From Macrostomum lignano (taxonomy: Eukaryota), in the NCBI GenBank assembly GCA_002269645.1, contig NIVC01002240.1, forward strand, positions 62,001-126,000: DNA of 64,000 nucleotides. The letters are read 5' to 3'. Position numbers and translations under genes: made by a program. This document shows positions 38,215 through 50,186 of this stretch, one piece after another (the first letter of the stretch is position 1; each line of letters begins with the position of its first letter). The notes below the pieces were generated by a model. The model had not been told where the DNA came from. It did not search any database and worked only from the letters and a program-made list of their open reading frames with translations.

Positions 38215-41172
38215 ATGGGGCGACTCACGGGGGACGACGGAGTCAGGAGGCCTCTAAGCGCCGCCGGCAGCCCTTTAATGCGCGGCGCAAAGTGCTTGGC
38301 ACCAATGCTTGTCGGACCCACCAGGACTCGCGGCCTGCCAAGCCGGAGCCTCGAGGGCCATCGCAATGCACGCACAAGCAGAGCCAAGAAGGAGACAAGT
38401 CAGCCGCATCTGCAAAGCCAGATTCGGGTCGCCACCTTCAATGCCCGCACTCTCAGTCAGACATGGAGACTGCAGGAGCTGACAAGACTGGCGGCCGAAC
38501 TCAACATCTCCATCCTGGCAGTTCAAGAATCTATGGATCTGGGCCTAAGCTGGCAATTCAAGGTTGCCTTAGCCACCCCCAGGGAACTGGAGGCATCGGC
38601 TTCCTGCTGTCGCCCGCCGCATCCAGAGTGCTGCTGGACATCAGGTTTCCATCCGAGCGCCTGGGACTCGCCTCCTTTGCCGGAAAAGACAGGCGGCTTC
38701 ACATCATCCGTGTCTATGCTCCAACGGCCCCCCCCCCGGACCAGCGAAGATCCATCTGAGACAGAAGCCCTTTACGAGACTCTGGGCTGCATGCTTGATT
38801 CCATCCCTGCTCGTGACTCTGTCATTGTTGCTGGTGAATTCAACTCGCCATTGCCAGCGGACGGCCGCCTGATAAAGAACAGCTGTGGCATCCCCAATGC
38901 CAACTCACCTTTTCTATCCAGTTTTATCCAGGCCAGAGATCTGATGGCTGTCAATGGCATCATGCGACAGCGCTTCAGCAAGCTTCCAACTTTCTCTGGC
39001 CCCAACGGGCGAACGACTCGGCTGGACTGGATTCTCTGCCCAACTGCTCTGAGGTCCAGGGTGCGCAGAGTCCTCAACATCCGCCCCGACTGCGTTCAAT
39101 CTGATCACCGCCTGGTGGCATGCGACTTCGATCTGCACTGGCAAAAGCTCCGGCCTGCGCCACCTCCCCCGCTCTGGGCCGACCTGAGAAACCCGGACAC
39201 GCGGCAGGTCTTCCTACGCAAGCTGCATGCCGCCACTCCTGCTCCAGCCGAGTCCTTCGAGTCTTTCCATCACGCTGTCGAGGATGCTGCAGTGCTTCTC
39301 CCACGGAGACAGTCAAATCATCTAAAGGCCCTGGGACCGCGATCTCATCATCTCCAAGGCAAGGCGGCATGTGCAGAGCACTGCTGCACTCCACGGCCAT
39401 GACAGCGACCAGGCCAGTGCTGCCAGGGACGAGCTGCAGCGCATCTACGCCCAACGGACTGAAGCCTTTATCGAAGAGGCTGTGAGCGAAATCCAACTCG
39501 CTACTGACAACTGCCGCCATAGTGCTGCCTGGAGGGCCATCAACCAGCTGACTGGCAGGAAGCCCAGGCCCAACACCATCGTCGGCGCTGATTCCACCGA
39601 GCACCGCAAGGCCCTGCTGGCCACCCACTACCGCGAGGTGCTCAACGCGCCCGCTCCAACTGCGCCTCTTCTGCCAATCCCAGACTTCGCTCCAGCCCAG
39701 CCAGGCGCCTTCAACACCGGCCCACATCACTGCGGTTGACCGAGCACTGAGGACCATGCGAGCTGATGCTGCCGCTGGGGTGGACGCCATCCCTCCCAGG
39801 GTCCTGAAGCTGCCCGAGCTCACCCCGATCATCACCTTCCTGCTGAACAAGTACTGCAGCCTTGGAGGCAACGAGACCGCCTCAGCTCCTCAGCAATGGC
39901 GCACCTCCAAGATTGTCTCCATCCCGAAGAAAGATGCCTCCACCAGCTTGGGCAACCAGCGGGGCATCGCTCTGGAATGCACAACGCCGAAGCTGCTGAA
40001 CGAGATTCTGCGCAACCGCCTCCTGCCCGGCCTCAACCCGCTGCTGCTGAGCCTCCAGCTTCCGCCCGGGCAGGTCCACCACCGAGCAGGTTGCCACCAT
40101 CCGCTCTGTCATCGAGGCCTGCAAGACCCGCCAGCGCTCCGTGTCAATCATCTTCGTCGAATTTTTGCAAGGCGTTTGACTCGGTGTCCAGGCCTGCGAT
40201 CGCTTGGCTTCTATCTCATTATGGCGTACCTGCTGCGCTGGGCTTTTGTCATGTCGAGCGACGGCCCCACAGAAGAGTTCGGCACCAGCTCAGGCGTCCT
40301 TCAGGGCGACACGCTGTCTCCTCTGCTCTTCCTCGTGGTTGTGGACTACGTGCTTCGTCGGTCTCTCCGCGAGGATGACAGCTACTTGCTGGTCTCACGC
40401 CGAAGCTCCAGACACCCTGCTGTTTCGCTTCCCGCTCTCGCGTATGCTGACGACATCGCGCTGCTCTGCCGCGATCCAGCTGCTGCCCAGCGCGCTCTCA
40501 CAAGGCTCTGCGACGAGGGCGCCCGTGTTGGACTGCTGGTGAACGCTCGCAAGACGGAGGCGCTGCACGTGGGCACGAATACCGCCCCAACTCTAACGCT
40601 GCCCAATGGAGACCGCATCGCGGTGTGCAAGGACTTCCGGTGCCTCGGCGCCCTGGTGATTAGCCCCGATGCAATTGTCTCCGACAGAAGGAACCAGGCC
40701 TGGCGCGCCGTGCACCTCCTCATGAACGTTTTTAATACAGCTGCCAGAGACGACCTGAAGGTGCGCCTGTTCCGCGCGGCCGTCGAGCCGATCCTGCTGT
40801 ACGGCATGGAGGCTGTGTCGCTGACCGAAACGCGAGAGCGAGCCTTGGACGCGCTTTACCGATCGCTGCTGGGCGTGCACTACCCGGATCGCCTGTCGAC
40901 CAACGCTCTGATGGCCCGCGCTGGAACTCCGCCCCTGAGCGCTACCCTGGGTCGCAGTGCGCCCGTCCCTCTGGCCCTGGCCATGCTGCACCGGCCGACC
41001 GAGCAATTGCGCCGCGGCCAGGCCCGCACTGCCACTCTAACGGACTGCCTCATCGCTGACTTGCAGGCGCTTGAGCTGACCGCTCAGGCTGCTGCTGCCT
41101 GCCCCTCCCGCCTGTTCTGCGAGTGCGCGCGCGCAAGGGTCCTCCCCTCTGCGTCTTAATATATATATATAT
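38215..41172 (+). mobile_element. Non-LTR retrotransposon (APE endonuclease + RT, RTE-like), frameshifted
   Basis: APE motifs ATFNARTL, LAVQE, AGEFNS, TRLDWIL, SDHRLV. RT motifs KAFDSV, GVLQGDTLSPLLF, YADDIALL. Stop at 41159 followed by an (AT)n tail. Confidence 0.92.
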
Positions 41173-41348
41173 ACACATAGATACCCGAACGAGTCGTAAA
41201 GACGAAGCAAAACGGAAAGTGAATGGGAAATTCCCCGATAGGCTACGCCCGTGTCTTACAACTCTATAGTACTAGTTTAGGTGACAGTTATACTTTAGAA
41301 ATTAGATCTGTGATCTAGAACCAGAACAAGCAATATGGAAAGGCGGAT

Positions 41349-41848
41349 GGACATTTCGTCAAGAAACCCTTCGTCAAAAGCCTTTTCTTCAAATACGAGT
41401 AGTCATTTCGTCATGTCACTCAATAGTGTAAAGAGATGTGTGCAGGATGTTAAGTTTAAATTAAAGTACATACCCTAGATCAGTCGCTCGTAATTTGAAG
41501 CCTTGCTAAAATAAGTCGGTATCGAAAAAGAAGTATACTTCTTGTTTAAAGTGACGTGTTTCTAAGAAAAAAATACGTACATTTTAATTACTAAAGGGAA
41601 CCGTGTTGTTAAATTACCTAAATAGTTTTAAGTTCTTTACAACTTAAGTATGATTTTCACTTTTAATTTTTTAAACTTTCTTTTCAAAGCAGTGTTAAGC
41701 AAAGTGCTTCTAAGAAATACGCTTATTCAGTTTAGTCAAAAATGGTTACGTCAACAGCAATAACTATTGATTGCAAATTTAACTAATTTTTATTATTGCC
41801 ATTATTACCTTTCTTAATTATAGTCAGTATTCTTTTGACGAAATTTCC
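41349..41848. mobile_element. Possible 500-bp MITE
   Basis: GGACATTTCGTCAAGAA and TTTTGACGAAATTTCC form an imperfect inverted pair; no TSD found. Confidence 0.3.
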
Positions 41849-44191
41849 TGTAACTGTAACCTATGAAAAGGCCCATAGATGGCATTTAATATATAGGATG
41901 TTGAACAAGTACAAGTCAGGAGACAACTTGACTCAGAAGAATCTCGTCTTGTTATATCTTTGTGAATTCAGATGGTTGGTGGAACTCAGTGAGGACACCA
42001 TAATAAATATTGATAACCTATCCCGGGCTGCTAAAAACGTTTGTCCAACGAAAAAGATATTAGGCAAAGTGAAAACAGTCGTAGTCGTATGGTTCGTTTA
42101 AAAAGCGTTGGAACAATGTGGAACATTAAATGAAAGAAAATACTGCACATTTGCGGCGCAATTACTGTTAGTAGCATCATATGCATGTTTGCATATCTGT
42201 AACAGAATAGATGAATTAGCCGGAAATCCGTTGTTAAAAAAACGCTGTAAATCGGTAAAGTAACCGCGTGTCTCTTTTGTAAAACTTAATTATATGCATT
42301 ACACGTAGGATAAGATGAAAGCTTAAATTCGCTGGCCACACGACTATAAGAAAGCTGAAACTGCTGTTCTGCTACATGTACGGGCATACTGTAGCTGTAG
42401 AGCTGATTGAAATTACAATTAATCAAGTATCTTCGTTAAAAGTTACATTACACATTCAATTAATGAGCTCATTAAATTTCCTGTTTGCTAAAGGCGTGGA
42501 AAACTTTATTTATTTTACTTCTTTATTAAGGCTTCATAATCATAATCAGTTGCCCGTTAGCTATACTACTGACAGTAGGGTCTTAATTATAAATTAAAGA
42601 GAGTAATCCGTTTAAAAGCTTAATATAACCCACAGGAAAATCACACCTGATTAGTTGTATAAAAATAAATTTATCATAAGCACAGTCCATACTCAGTCGT
42701 AAACCTATTCCTTCATGAAAAGTTTATACTTAAACTATTGATGGCATGCCGCATAAGGCTCATCCAGCAATTGTTATTTGCTTCTTTGACTGAAACAACC
42801 GTACAAAGAAGATAAATTAAGAGCACTAGCTTCTGAGCGCCTAATTTGCTATTGGATGAAGATTGATCAGAAGTGCTGCTGTCTGTGAGCGGATTGGGCC
42901 ACGGTTCCCCGCTTCCTGTGGACAAAATAGCTGCGTGGGTTTTTGGCTTTTTTGCAATTACACTTGTACAATTATCAATTCTGTTGTATAATAATTTGTT
43001 AACTGGTTGATATTAAATGTCCCCCCTAGTCTATAAATGAAGCTAGGCTATAAGCATTTGCATGCATCAGATATCGGAAATTTTAGTGACAGTTTTAGCG
43101 GTAGCTAAAAGTTAAACGTACCCGCATTTAGTAGAGAAAAAACGATTTCAGTTAGTGGTTTGATTTTTGCATATAATAGCTAAATTTTAAGCAGCAGTTA
43201 CGCAAACAGTTTGCTGCTTTTGAGTCTAAATAAGCGATTCAAGCTTTCTAATACTAATCGAGGGCTGGGAATCAACTAATTTTTGTGAAAGATGTCACCC
43301 TAAGTCACTAAGCGTTTTAGAAAGCAATTCGGAAGTGTCACTCTTTCTTTTTCAAGATCTGTTCCATTGCCTCTGCTTTCTCTGTCTATCGAGCCTTCCG
43401 AATCGCGGAGCATTTGCTAGATTAGAGCACAGATACTAAAGACGGATACTATTTTTGATTATCTTTTTGATTATCAAAATTTTTGATAATTGATAATTTA
43501 ATATTTGATAATTTTGATAATCAAATTTTTTGATTTATTTTTGATTATGAGACGGATATATATTTTTGATTTTTGATTAGAGCTTCCCGTTGTGACGGGG
43601 GACTTGTGGAAAACTTCATTGTTTTACTATCATTTTTACTATCAGTAGACTACTACGTAAGTGTATAATATTTTGTATGAATTCTGTGTACGAGTACATT
43701 CATTGAATCGGCTTTTATATGTCAGCAAGTGATGAATTTTTAACAAATCAATAATTTGCCCAGCGCCCATCGTAACTATCAGCCAATTACAATTCGCTGT
43801 ATCATCTATCGTTTTATATTAACTGTTCGTTTTTCGTCGCTACTCAAAAACAAATAAAAAACTTGGCCAACTAAGCAAGCAAAATATATCAATTCAATTG
43901 AATATTGGACTGCGCTATACTTGCATTTTTCTTCGGTCTTGTTCGGTCTTGTTCTGCCAAGGACTGCCAGATTAAATTCGTCACACCGTTGGGTCTACTT
44001 CATTATCTGTGTTTGAAGCCCGACTGCTATGAGATCAGCAGGACAGGAAGTGTCTGCCGAAATTTTCATATTTTTCTGCTGCTGAAAGTTCCTGTAATTG
44101 GCTTGTGCGACGTCCTAGAACACACTTTAATTGCTACTCTACTCATATATGGTCTTTATTTGTGTTTATATGGGCTTAATTTACTCTAAAT

Positions 44192-47100
44192 GGGTGATTC
44201 TCATTGAGAGGTTTCGGAGGTTTTGAGGTTTTTCAGAGGTTTAATTTCGAACAAATATTTTTGCACAAAAACTTTAATACTGCACAAAAATTAAAATCTT
44301 ACTGAAATTTACTAATGAATAAAAATTTTCTTTAGAAAATAGCTCGGAGGTTTCGGATTCTTTTTAATTTTGCTTCTGATAGGCACGCGCGGAAATTATT
44401 TAACTGTTTTTATGCGTGGTAGTCATGACTCATTTTATGCCATGCCATTTTCATTGTTTCCTTTTCATTTCATAAGCGCAAAGTTGCGAATAGTCACAAG
44501 TATGTGTTGTTCCCTTTCAATGCATATTTGTAACTATCTTAATTTCTACTAGACCTGTCCATGTAATTAAAAACAGACACTATTTATTTACCAATACGAA
44601 TTTCATATTGTTTTTGACTTGGTCTTAAGAAAGCTATCAATTTTTAAGCCAGACTAACTAAATTAAGACTAACAAGACCAAATCAGTATTTTTTTCATCA
44701 AGTCAGTATCATTCGCTATTTAATATAGATTGTTAGTCTAACTAACTAAAGGCCCTAAGTATTTTACTAGGCATCTATAATCATATAATGTAAAATATAT
44801 TTGATATTCTTTTTTTATTTTATATACAATATACTAAAAATTTTATTTTTCTATTTTAAATTATTTACTATTTTTACATCATCATCCTAAATCCTAACAC
44901 ACGATGCACATAGGATAAAAATTTATTACCTAAGCCTCTAATACTAGTATTCTCTTCACAAAGCTTTAAAATGGCAATTTTTTACTACTTTACCTCTGCC
45001 TATAAAATTGAAAGCTCTAATGATCTGAAATTTTTACATATTTTTTTTAAATAAAATTTATTAATAGCTTTATATTCAGTTATAATTTAAGTTGATATAG
45101 TCTAGTACAATTTCTATTACTCTTATACATTAGTAACTTGCTTTAGTAACTAGCTTTCTTTTTATGCAAATATTCAAACTAAATAGTAGCTTGTACTTAT
45201 GTATGTCTAGTTATCACATTTTTGTTCAATTTTTAATTTACTTTATAAGTTATTTGTTGTAATATTAAACAAATATACTCTCTTATCATCCACAGTAGTT
45301 ATCATGCCAATGAAATGCATGGTGCCAACCATGTTGGGGAGAAGGCTCTAAATCTTTAGATTTTCTTATGATGTTAAGTACTTACACTACACCCATATAC
45401 TAAAATGTAAGACTAACATTGTATTTCTCAATCATGCCATCTTTCCAGAACCCATCAAACTATGGGAATTTGTGCAAAGCAATGGCCTACTAAAATACCA
45501 TTGCATAAGATGATATGCTTCTAGAAGTCGCGGTTGGCGCGATATGCTTTTGGCGCGGCTCGACTTCAGCGTTGTTGCTCATCATTGCATCACTGGAGTC
45601 CCATTGTCGCATTTTTGGGCTTCCAGCATCAACTGGTTCGATAGTCTCAATTGGAGGCCATGAAAAGCAATGTCAGGCCGCATGCTGGTGCCAATCTTGG
45701 AGAGGAATTTGCAGCCCACCTGATTGCCCTGTGGGAATTTTGCCAAGGGAACTCACACGAATCGTTTTTGTCCAGCAGCAGCAGCCGAGTGTTACTGATT
45801 TAAATGGAACTCACTACAACTGACATAATGCGACTGCCCAATTGCACTTTGCTGGCAGTAGCGGAAACCGCGCACTGAGAAGCATCGCTCATGTTCCTCA
45901 CCCTACAATATTGAGCTCTCGATCACGTCGGTGGTCTTGACGATGTAGGATGCATCTTCATAGACATGCCATTGAACCTGGAATGCTATGCTGCATCTCA
46001 AAAGGCTGGCTAATGTTTTTTCAAGGGTTTAGTGTGGCGAGACTCCAAGTCTGATAGATAATCCAATGTCAGCCAGCATGCGTCAACTGCGCAAGCTTGA
46101 TCCAAGCAAATGAGCTTCACAGTAGTTTCCAATTGGTCTTGCCTTATTTTTTATGCCTTTTTTTAAAACATCGAACATTGCAAGAATGCATTTCAAAAAC
46201 AAAGAAGGAACGTTTTGTATTTTCTCTATCAGTATTTATATTTATCCATACATTGCTGTTACATTGCCTAAATATACTATATATAAATATTCTTTGAGAG
46301 TCAAATAAAAAAAGTTTAAAAGTTCACATTTCAGATATATACATGAGAGAATATAAGTCTTTTCTTGTTATTTACTCAGATGAAAGTGAAGTTCTTAACT
46401 TTGGGAGTTAATGCGCATATGAAAGACAATGCCTGCAAAAACGAAGGCTGTATCCTGTCAGCCAGCAAGCAGTAGAAGAACTTCGGTCACTCATCTCGAA
46501 GGCAGTGTGTAGTAGATTAGCCCCTAGGCTGTCGGTTTAGTGTCATCTGGTTAGTAGCTAGAGCACAGCCATATTCTGTATGCTGACAACCAAACCAATT
46601 GCCACCACAAAAGCAACCCAGCCTGCCAAAGATCTAAGGGTGGCGAGCTACGTTGCACTGAGTCGCAACATAAGTGGGTATAGGACATGGAATGCCATAA
46701 TGCCTGTTATTAGATTAGACAAACATGACGCATTGTTGGCCTGTACAGGCTCAAAATGCAGGCAGGAGACCACGCAAGCGGTAGTTCAGGCGTGGTATTG
46801 GCAGCTGAAATAAGGCATGTTGAAATAAAAGGTATTGATTACTTTCATCTATAACTTTTCATAAACAATCAATTTCAAAAGTCAAGAAACATAATGATTT
46901 TCCTATACATTTATTCTTGCAATCTTTAAAGATGCCAATACATTTATATTGAAGAAATTATATTATTTTAAAATAAACAATGCCAAAAATGTGTCCAATG
47001 ACTTTTTAGTTTTAACTCTAGTAAATATATTGGTATCAGCTATCTAGTTTATTGCTCAACATAGATTTTTAGCATCAAACAAAGGTGGTGCAATACATGT

Positions 47101-47884
47101 ACAAAGTCTTACCGCAAGCATTTTGTTTGCATAAGAACTGACTCTAAACGTGTTAGAGCTTTTGTCAGCAGTAACAGTTGTGCAACTTGTGTTATTTATG
47201 ATAGAAAAGCTAATAGCTTTTAGTAATTGAAATTAATTTTATGATTAAAAGTAAAATGCTCTGCTTTAAGTAATTAAAAGTAAAATGCTCTGCTTTAAGT
47301 AGTTAAAAGTAAAATGCATACTTGTAATTCCAGGCCCTCAAATATTTATAAAAAAACATTGAGACAACAATAATTCTGCTATTTACTTCTGTGAGGCAGT
47401 ATGTCATAACATAACATAACATCACATCAATGTCATAACATAATTCGAATGCAAAATGGTATGCAGCACTCAAAAGTAAAAAACGGGAAACGGATGAAAC
47501 AGCTGTCTATACGTTTTCAGTATATTTCAAGCAGCGCCTTCAAGTCAAATATTTTTTATTTTATTTATGCACCTTGAATGTAAATGCCAATGGCAACGAT
47601 GACATTACCAGTGTGTTGTGTTGCGTAGTGTTTTAAAAAACCACTTTCAAAGCATGAAAATAGTTGTCTAAGTTAAATAATTTCCGCGCGTGCCTATCAG
47701 AAGCAAAATTAAAAAGAATCCGAAACCTCCGAGCTATTTTCCAAAGAAAATTTGTATTCATTAGCAAATTTTAGTAAGATTTTAATTTTTGTACAGTATT
47801 AAAGTTTTTGTGCAAAAATATTTGTTCGAAATTAAACCTCTGAAAAACCTCAAAACCTCCGAAACCTCTCGATGAGAATCACCC
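44192..47884. mobile_element. Mutator-like element (MULE), 3.7 kb
   Basis: About 214-bp TIRs starting GGGTGATTCTC (44192-44405 and 47671-47884). Perfect 9-bp TSD ACTCTAAAT (44183-44191 and 47885-47893). Decayed minus-strand coding remnant at about 45500-46100. Confidence 0.92.
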
Positions 47885-49823
47885 ACTCTAAATTTCAATT
47901 TTCCAAAACATCGGTTTTTTAAGTTGCGTCCTCACTTTGGTTTTTCTACCAAAAAGTTTTTCTACCCAAACTTCCGTCTAACATAAGTTGGCTCGCGTTG
48001 CGCATTTTAAGATAGTTTAAAAACTATTGTGTTCTATTTTTTGTCTAGTTTGCAGTGTATATTTCGGTTTTCTCTGGTTCGATTGAAATGAACCTATTTC
48101 AATTTTATGATAGGCCTAGGCACTATTTTACGTTTTTTCCGTGACTTTTGGCCCATATGCGCTCATAAATGAATTGTAATGATCTCTCTGTGTATCATTA
48201 AGAAGTAAAAATATGTAATATACAAATTCACAGCTTGCACTTCTAAACAAATTGTAACTAGGCCTAATGTAATGATCTATCAGTATTTCTCATTGACAAA
48301 TACAATCTATGTAATATACAAATTCCCATATGCAATCTTCAAGTCATCTGCATTGTGGGTAGCCCTATATTGCAGCTTAAAGTGAGGTCCAATACGATAT
48401 AAGTAGGTCAGCCAGTCAGTCCTCTATTAACAATCATCATCATGTCTAATTGTGTTTTTTGTCATAAAGAAGTAGACAACAAGCATTGCAATGCAATCAG
48501 TGCTCCCGATGGGCGATGGCAGCATAAGACTTGCAACAATGGTGTGACATGACATAGTATCAATACTGTCAACTACAAAGACTAGATAGCTTTGACTAGC
48601 TACATCTGCAATTATATCTGTGCTGATTTTTTGCAATCAACTAGGCTTATAAAAAAAGCACTCTTGCTTGCCTGCAGCCACCTGAATGCACCTGTAGCAT
48701 AGTAGGCCTAAACAGTAATTTTATTTGTTTTATTTTTATTTGTAGGGCCTAATTTTATTTATTTATTTATTTATTACAACCTATTAGTCTATGTTGCTGC
48801 TATGGGTTTTCAGTCTATTACCAAAATGGTTATTGCCATAATATATTAGCAAAAACCATAGTTCTTATGAATTCACATGTTTTAATTACTATAAGTTCAA
48901 CCATTTTCATATTTCAATTTCAAGATGTTGATGTACAATATCCATAGCATATTATCAATTGTGTATTTTCTAATTAGATCAATTTATAGGTCTACAAAAA
49001 TATGACAAAATAGGCCTAGTTTTTTAAAATCATAATCATTAGGCCTAAACAGTATTGAAATTCTAAGAGTAGGCCCTATTAAATCGAAAAAAATTGGAAC
49101 TAGACTCCAAGCAAAAAATCAATCTGCTTAGAAAGCAACATTTTTAAATAAAAATTTGCACTTAAAAATTCTGAAATTTAGAAAACCAAAATCAAAATCA
49201 TAATAAAAATCTTTAAATTTTGCCATATTATCACATATAACTTTTTATCTGCTAGACCAATTCTTCTAATATTTTATGATGCTAATTAAAACAGTTAGTT
49301 AAAAGTTGTATTGTATCTAAAATTTCAATTGGCATAAGCATTCTTATAAAAATGGTAATCTTAGTCTAGAAACTTGTTTATCAAAAAAACAATTTGTCAA
49401 AATATTTGCTTAGCAAAATGTCTTAAATGCCTATCTACTTTTAGTGACTATGCTATAGGTTTTTTATTTGTTTAAGGCCTAATAATAATAATTGATTATA
49501 CCTACCCCAATGGGTAGATGAGCACCAATAGCTTAGCTGCAGCTATTGCATAGCACATCTGAAGTCTGCATATAGTTGTTCAGTCCTGAAAGACTAGGGG
49601 TCGCCATACATACTATCACACATTATATCTTTTGAACTAATCCTAATAATCCTAGCTAAATATAGGCCTTTAATAAGCAATGCCATCTTGTTGCTAAGCT
49701 GGTATAATTGTTTTGAGACCACCAATGCTAGAATGATGATTTGATGATTTGAATCTGGCAATTTATCAAATTCTTCTGCTATAGATTAAGGCTTAAAACA
49801 TACTTTGCTCACAGTCCCACAGC

Positions 49824-50186
49824 ATGGCAACAATAGCGCCACAGTCTTCTGTCAATCAGCAACCGGAGGGATCGCCATTCTCACCTGCGCAGCTGTCCCA
49901 GCTGAGAGCTCAAATCAATGCCTACAAGAGTTTGAGCCGGAATCAGCCGATACCAGATGCGCTGAGAACGCAGGCTATGGGCAGCTCGCTGACTCGGCCT
50001 GTGCCTGAGAATATTGCTCAGCTACTGGCCCAGTCTAGCCAGATTCAGTCGGCTCCTGTGGCTACTGTTGTGTCTGAAGTGATGGCCACAGCACTGCCTG
50101 GCACGGCTGTGGTGGCTTTGTCTGCTGGCTTGTCTACAGCTGTGCAGCCGTCTGCTGTAACTGTGTCCATGTCCGCTCTGCCGAAG
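49824..50186 (+). CDS. brm: Brahma exon, QLQ domain
   Basis: [26 protein letters not shown]. Acceptor at 49814, donor aag|gtgcga. An upstream coding exon cannot be excluded because the frame is open to the acceptor. Confidence 0.88.

Noticed and set aside
41796-42101. ORF with YLCEFRW, reminiscent of a Merlin/IS1016 transposase C-terminus
   Set aside because: A single short motif; no DDE core or TIRs found, and the ORF crosses a putative MITE end
42300-44150. Short ORFs and AT-rich low-complexity tracts
   Set aside because: No recognisable motifs, consistent splice phases or element ends
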